From Babesia bigemina (Eukaryota), in NCBI RefSeq assembly GCF_000981445.1, contig NC_027216.1, forward strand, positions 372,001 through 436,000: a stretch of DNA of 64,000 bases, written 5' to 3'. This document shows, one piece after another, positions 61,169 to 64,000 of the stretch; position 1 is the first letter of the stretch, and the number at the start of each line of letters is the position of its first letter. The translations under genes and the position numbers were made by a program. The notes under the pieces were generated by a model, which worked only from the letters and a program-made list of their open reading frames with translations, searched no databases and was not told where the DNA came from.

Positions 61169-61300
61169 TGTCTTATCCTATATTGTGCTGTGTGTCTACG
61201 TGCCTAGGGCCGCTTTTCGGTTTTGCGGAGTTACCGCCTCACGCTGATATTGGTTTCAGGTTCCACGCCGTTCCGTTGCCGAACTCATTCGCCATCACTG
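61169..61300 (+). repeat. Island-boundary element, copy C
   Basis: TGCTGTGTGTCTACGTGCCTAGGGCCGCTTTTCGGTTTTGCGGAGTTACCGCCTCACGCTGATATTGGTTTCAGGTTCCACGCCGTTCCGTTGCC. Confidence 0.92.
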
Positions 61301-61907
61301 CTATTGCCCACTCGACCTGCCGTTTAGCACCATACCACATGTGATGGCAAGCGGGCGATACAGAGCTCAAAAACGCAAACTTCACATCGATACGCGGTAA
61401 CACCATCACTGCATGTTCTGCACCAAATGTCAGGATGTTGATTCATGAAAGTTACTAAGACCAAATATTAAGCTGTCAAGTGATGATACAACTATTTGTT
61501 AATGCGCCTTGAAGTGAAAAGGCGTTTCGCATTCACGTGACGTGTATCACGGCACAATTTGCAAAGCGTTATGGATACATCGTTCGCCCAAGGTGATGTG
61601 GAGGAGTGCTCAGCTTTGTTGTTGAACTGTCGGTTGCCACATGGAGTCGGGTGCACGAAGACGAACGCTTGTAACCTTGCCACAGCATACAAACGAACTG
61701 CGCCGTGGAAGATAATGTTGAAGCATGAAACAGTTTTTCCCCACCCCATGGCAGCAGTATTGCGGATGCAGAGTCTATAGATCATAACGGCTATTACTAT
61801 ATACCAACATTAAAACTGTTTCGTGAGGATTCATATAATGACTACCCACTTCGGAGCCAGACTCGGTCTGTGCTTAGCTCTTATGACGGCTCATATGCGA
61901 TCCCTAG

Positions 61908-62666
61908 TCAATAGAATGCCCAGAAGCCAGCGAAGTCGTAAAGGATGTCCAATACATCTTTGTCCACATCGCTCAACGCCTTAGACATAAATGAAACGCT
62001 AATATTAGCGCGCCGTTTTGATCTCCTGTAACCGACGGCTCTCAACACCTTTCTCAAACGCGTTCTCGTCTCACCATTCGACGGGTCCTTATTTGCCTCA
62101 TCGCTTGCATCTTTCAAAGAACGTAGACCTGTGTATAGCATTGGTGCAATACCCACCAGGACCACTGCACAAGCCTCTGGGTCTTCAGCGCATGATGCCT
62201 CCCACGTAGCTTCAGAACTGTAAGCCGACTTATATTCGTCAGGGATTTTCATATGCTTCAAAAACTTGTCGCAGCCATACACAACGAGGCCTAAGAATCT
62301 CGCCATGGATTCAGGACTTAAACGCTTCAGCTTTATGATGTTATCATAATCGCCGTCGTTTTTGTGCATGAAACGTTTAAAGTGAATGTTAGTTTTATCC
62401 ATAGGCCCATTGAACCTCCTGAGTAAGGTCTGCACAAATTCCTGGTTGTTAATATGTTTACGCTCCATAAACTCTTTAGTAATGACTTTTACCTCTTCCA
62501 GAGCTGGTACCTTTGTCAAGCCAATAGGTTTGTCTGCGAGTAAATCGTAAAGTGCGGCAGCGATCGACTCCATGTGAGATCTGCAATCGTCTCCCCTCAG
62601 AGCTACCAACCAGTCAATGCCCTCCTTGAGGTTGTGAGGAACCTCAGTCAACGACTTGTACACCAT
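61908..62666 (-). CDS. Intact short ves1-like (variant erythrocyte surface antigen family) protein, 252 aa
   Basis: MVYKSLTEVPHNLKEGIDWLVAL (VESA1-like N-terminus), YKSAYSSEATWEASCAEDPEACAVVLVGIAPMLY, ends LYDFAGFWAFY. Confidence 0.85.
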   Translation of the reverse strand: MVYKSLTEVPHNLKEGIDWLVALRGDDCRSHMESIAAALYDLLADKPIGLTKVPALEEVKVITKEFMERKHINNQEFVQTLLRRFNGPMDKTNIHFKRFMHKNDGDYDNIIKLKRLSPESMARFLGLVVYGCDKFLKHMKIPDEYKSAYSSEATWEASCAEDPEACAVVLVGIAPMLYTGLRSLKDASDEANKDPSNGETRTRLRKVLRAVGYRRSKRRANISVSFMSKALSDVDKDVLDILYDFAGFWAFY

Positions 62667-64000
62667 TTTGATAATGATATGCTAAAATATGCGGTCGATA
62701 TGCCTGTATGATTTGTGTCTAATAGCTAATAACCCGCTTCTATAATCAGCAGCGTACAACGCCGGATATGTATTGACCGCCGATGCGCACAACAGTAGTA
62801 TTGACACCTATGCCTTCGCGTATTAATTACTGCTACGAAGGGGTCGGTACGGCGTGTAGGAGGAATACGGAGACGCAATTACAATCACGATACCCCATCT
62901 CAGCCCCTCCATAGCACGAATCTGGAATGCGGTATCCACAACGCATGTCTTTGTCGTATGCAACTTTACGAAAGTTGTCACACATGCGGAACATGAAAAC
63001 GTCAACGGTGTTTACAACGATGCGTAGACGTTGGTAATGTCAAGATGGGTTACGTGTAGTAAGTTATAGTGCGATGACCTTTCGCCGGACCTGCTTAACA
63101 ACACACCAAAACGATGAAAAGGAATGAAAACACTCTGTACATCTTCTACCGTGATAATCACTGTCTTGTGCTGTATGTGGTTGCGTCACTTTTTGTTTCG
63201 AGCGTTCCTCGGCTAATAACAGCTACACGTTGAGTCACCTTACCCATAAATGAGGTCTTGTATCAGCGGGTTTTACGACACTTTGCGCATAACATCCGAC
63301 GAATATTTCCAGCACCACGGCTTCCTATAAGGATAATCAAGATTTATTTATCTGGTTATTATGCGTGGTGTTTTAACCGGTGCGCCGATTTGAGCCCTAA
63401 TGGTCCAGCTTTTATCCCCATGACATCCCAATGAACGTGACTGCTCAACCACGCGTCAGACGGTCTGGCAGGGCCCCGCATTCCATAAAGTGCAGCGACA
63501 CAAGCGATTTCGAACTGCGATTGTCTCCGTTCAATTAGCGATACCTTTCGGAAGTCCAGATTAGCTGGCATTTCAATTGAAGGTAACTATATAGCCTCAT
63601 TTCATTTCTCATGTGCCATATATCCAACTGAATAAGATCGTAATTCATGTTCAGAAGGTAACCGTATATCGAAATATTTACCACAAAAATGCTGGCCTCT
63701 GGCTGGCAACCCCGCCCTCATTCGGGTTCTTACTGGGCATACAGGTGGGATGTTATATACCCACATAATGACTTCTGACCAACATAGCTGATGTTCAATG
63801 ACGCTGCTGTGATAAAATGTGAATCCAACATATGTGCCTGCAACATCCCTCATACCCACGTATTGGTATGTTAGCCCTCCCATCCTATCCGGCCTTGAGC
63901 TGTCACTATGTTCAATGGGAGATAAAAACCGGCAGTTCGCAATTACAAATGTGATTCATTCTAGTATTATAGAGAATATTGTGTGGCTCTCTGTTAAGGT

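Noticed and set aside
63160..63190. TGTGCTGTATGTGGTTGCGT, similar to the start of the boundary element
   Set aside because: Similarity stops after ~20 nt and the TAGGGCC / GCGG..CCGC core is absent.
62700..64000. Short ORFs upstream of the intact ves-like gene
   Set aside because: No family motifs recognised. Likely island non-coding or decayed sequence.

Overview
Eukaryotic, intron-containing DNA from a piroplasm apicomplexan (Babesia; the short 'MVYxSLT..P.N.KE.IDWL...GFWAFY' ves-like genes and large 6-Cys gene suggest a B. caballi/ovata-type genome, which is inference). Compact housekeeping blocks alternate with variant-gene islands. Block 1 (9.4-32.5 kb) holds RPL5, RPL7a, Vma12-like, Las1, a CCCH protein, PRMT1, RPL21, NAC-beta, RPL10, mitochondrial L24, RPA1 and DnaJ. 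Block 2 (39.5-61 kb) holds a papain protease, a microprotein, ZNF622/Rei1, an exonuclease, Yif1, LSm3, an acyl-CoA synthetase, a HUN-domain protein, tRNA-Glu, a USP and a RAP protein. The islands (0-9.2 kb, 33-39.3 kb, >61.2 kb) carry ves-like, 6-Cys and 33-bp-repeat genes. Three structures are not visible in the ORF track. (1) A ~760-bp polycistronic-looking cluster of 5 C/D and 2 H/ACA snoRNAs directly after RPL7a, with assignable rRNA targets. (2) A ~110-bp non-coding element at each island/housekeeping junction (3 clear copies, 1 degenerate), always pointing into the island. (3) A 4-4.6 kb inverted duplication of a [6-Cys 3' end - repeat gene - ves-like 5' end] cassette bracketing block 1, with different lesions in each copy, a gene-conversion-like patch and a microhomology deletion. 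Exon boundaries were read by eye. rRNA and snoRNA comparisons are from recalled sequences and need a database check.
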